Positions 62,108-64,000 of a DNA stretch of 64,000 bases are shown one piece after another (position 1 is the stretch's first letter; the number at the start of each line of letters is the position of its first letter). This DNA comes from Lytechinus pictus (lineage: Eukaryota): contig NC_087245.1 in assembly GCF_037042905.1 (NCBI RefSeq), positions 17,486,001 to 17,550,000 on the forward strand, in the 5' to 3' direction. The notes under the pieces were generated by a model, which was not told the DNA's origin, made no database searches, and worked only from the letters and a program-made list of their open reading frames with translations. Position numbers and translations under genes: made by a program.

Positions 62108-64000
62108 ATATTGTAACGTTGATTCTTTGTTGGTCTAATTTTAAACAAATCCAACGATGCACCATCTCCATCAAACAGTTTTCAACACTGTGCCATCATC
62201 ATCTGTAACCTGTTCATGATTCTATCAAAAAACATTACAACTATTATTACAGCTATTTATTTCTTTTCATTCTTTCTGTTACAAGTCTCTTCACATAATT
62301 AAGAGGAATCAAGAGAATTACGTGTGATATTTATTTATCACAAAAACTCACATGTGTAATTGCAGTCTCTCAGTATTTACAAAATCTAAAAGGAAGGTCG
62401 CGTAACTTGGCCTCACTCAGAGTAACGTAACTACTGCCTACTGTAACTAAAGAGTGCCTCTTTTTTATTAAGATAGAAGTCAACTGATATCTCAATATGC
62501 ATGGCCATGGCCCAGTCTCGCTCGTGCCATAACTATTAAATGATATTTCAGCGTCAAGTGTAGCATGCCTCACATAGCAACTACAGGTTTGACTGCAGTT
62601 GGAAAACACTCGGTCCAGGTTAGGCCAGGCAGGACCGACCAGGTCAATTCAAGGCAGCGTATAATAAATAAGGCAGGAATGCCAGGTAGCAAGTCATTGG
62701 GTGATTTCAAGTACGGTGTACGGTGTTGAGAGCGTGAAAGGGCTGCTGAACTGAGCTCCAACACCAAGCGTAATATTATTTTTCATTGAAATGTATTAAA
62801 ACTCTAATGATTTGCTCTCATCTTAAATGTAAAAGATAATTTTACGGAGATGGTTCGTCGTGTTCGCCCCCTGTTCGTGAGCTACAGTTCATCAACACCA
62901 ACACTGAACTTTAAATCACGATTCTCCCAATCCCTGGGGGCCGGTGTTGCTGAATGGGGAAATTGCTTGTAGATCATCAACACCATGCAGCCACAGTGCA
63001 GTGTTGGGTTCAGCAGATGACAATCAACACCAGCCTTCAACACAAACTGCCGGAAATACACCATATTTTCCAAGGTCAATCTCAACACCAGCCTGATTCA
63101 AGTACGGTGTTGTCACAACTCCAACACCAGATTTCAACACTAGCTGTACTTGAAATTATTGAAATCACCCAATGACTGTTGCCTTGCCCTTGGAATCGCA
63201 TACTCGTTCCCACTCACACGTATTGCGAGGTTAGTATTATATTAGTCACTCACACAAGCTAATTACGAGGTTAGTTAGTATGTTATACTGTGCAGTGACT
63301 GGTGTTAAGTACTACTTTACTACTACTTACACGAATATAGTAGCGTCGGACTGTACGCGCACAGAAGCTGACTCCGGGATCTTTCGGAGGGGATCAATGG
63401 TTGCAGTTACCGATTATCTGCAAGTGCAAAGAAAATTCCACTGTAGATTGTAGGTCCTAAATATGCAGCTTATAAGTACTGTTCCAGATCACTAGATATT
63501 CTGGAATTCAATTGTCTATATCCACTATCCAGTCCAAATTCTACCAGATTCTTCAAGTTCAAAATTGAAGGAAGCAGACTACACAGACATGACAGAAGGA
63601 GTCCGACGTCGAGACTAATTCTGCGCATCATAATAGTATGGTATTTTTAAATAGGCACATTTGATGCTTGTATTTCCTTCTTCAATTTCTTCTAGTTATG
63701 TGACGGTAGGCCTATGAATTATCTCGTACTTACTGTGAAAGGCCGAGCCAGCTGCAAAGGACGAGGGCGTTTCTGGAAATTCTGGTCTTGAACTACATTT
63801 TTTTTCTTGTTTTTCTCCTTTATTTTCTATATTAATCGACACATTTGCATCCCCCGGTGCATGTAGCCTCTCTATTCTACCCCATCTTTATTTTTGTTTT
63901 CCCCTTAGACTTAGTTTTAGTTCCTCTTTCCCTTCCCATTATTTTCCTTCTCTCTCGATTTCTTTTCCCCTTATTGCTGGGGGATACCAAGGGTGACATG

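Overview
AT-rich, intron-containing animal genomic DNA; the repeat families suggest an echinoderm (sea-urchin-like), which is inference only. The main content is a head-to-tail tandem array of three + strand paralogues of a secreted fibrinogen-related-domain (FReD/FBG) gene, assembled by hand from GT-AG splice sites. Architecture: signal peptide, an unrecognised ~60-aa Cys-containing domain, Ser/Thr/Pro mucin-like stalk modules, then a C-terminal FReD. Copy 1 (6291-22365, 7 coding exons, 428 aa) and copy 2 (36145-45252, 8 coding exons, 481 aa) are intact. Copy 3 (57485 onward) has a +2 frameshift in exon 3, and its FReD exons are not in the window. Copies 1 and 2 are near-identical except in the last exon, where the Ca2+/ligand-binding loop differs sharply, and in stalk-exon copy number. 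Each copy carries its own TE insertions; their ends and target-site duplications (TSDs) were read from the flanks and, where available, the empty site in a sister paralogue. These include CR1/L2-group LINEs, hAT-like, IS3EU-like, MULE-like, Academ-like, P-like and Harbinger-like elements, nested up to four deep. Most ORFs in the supplied track are spurious products of repeats or low-complexity DNA.
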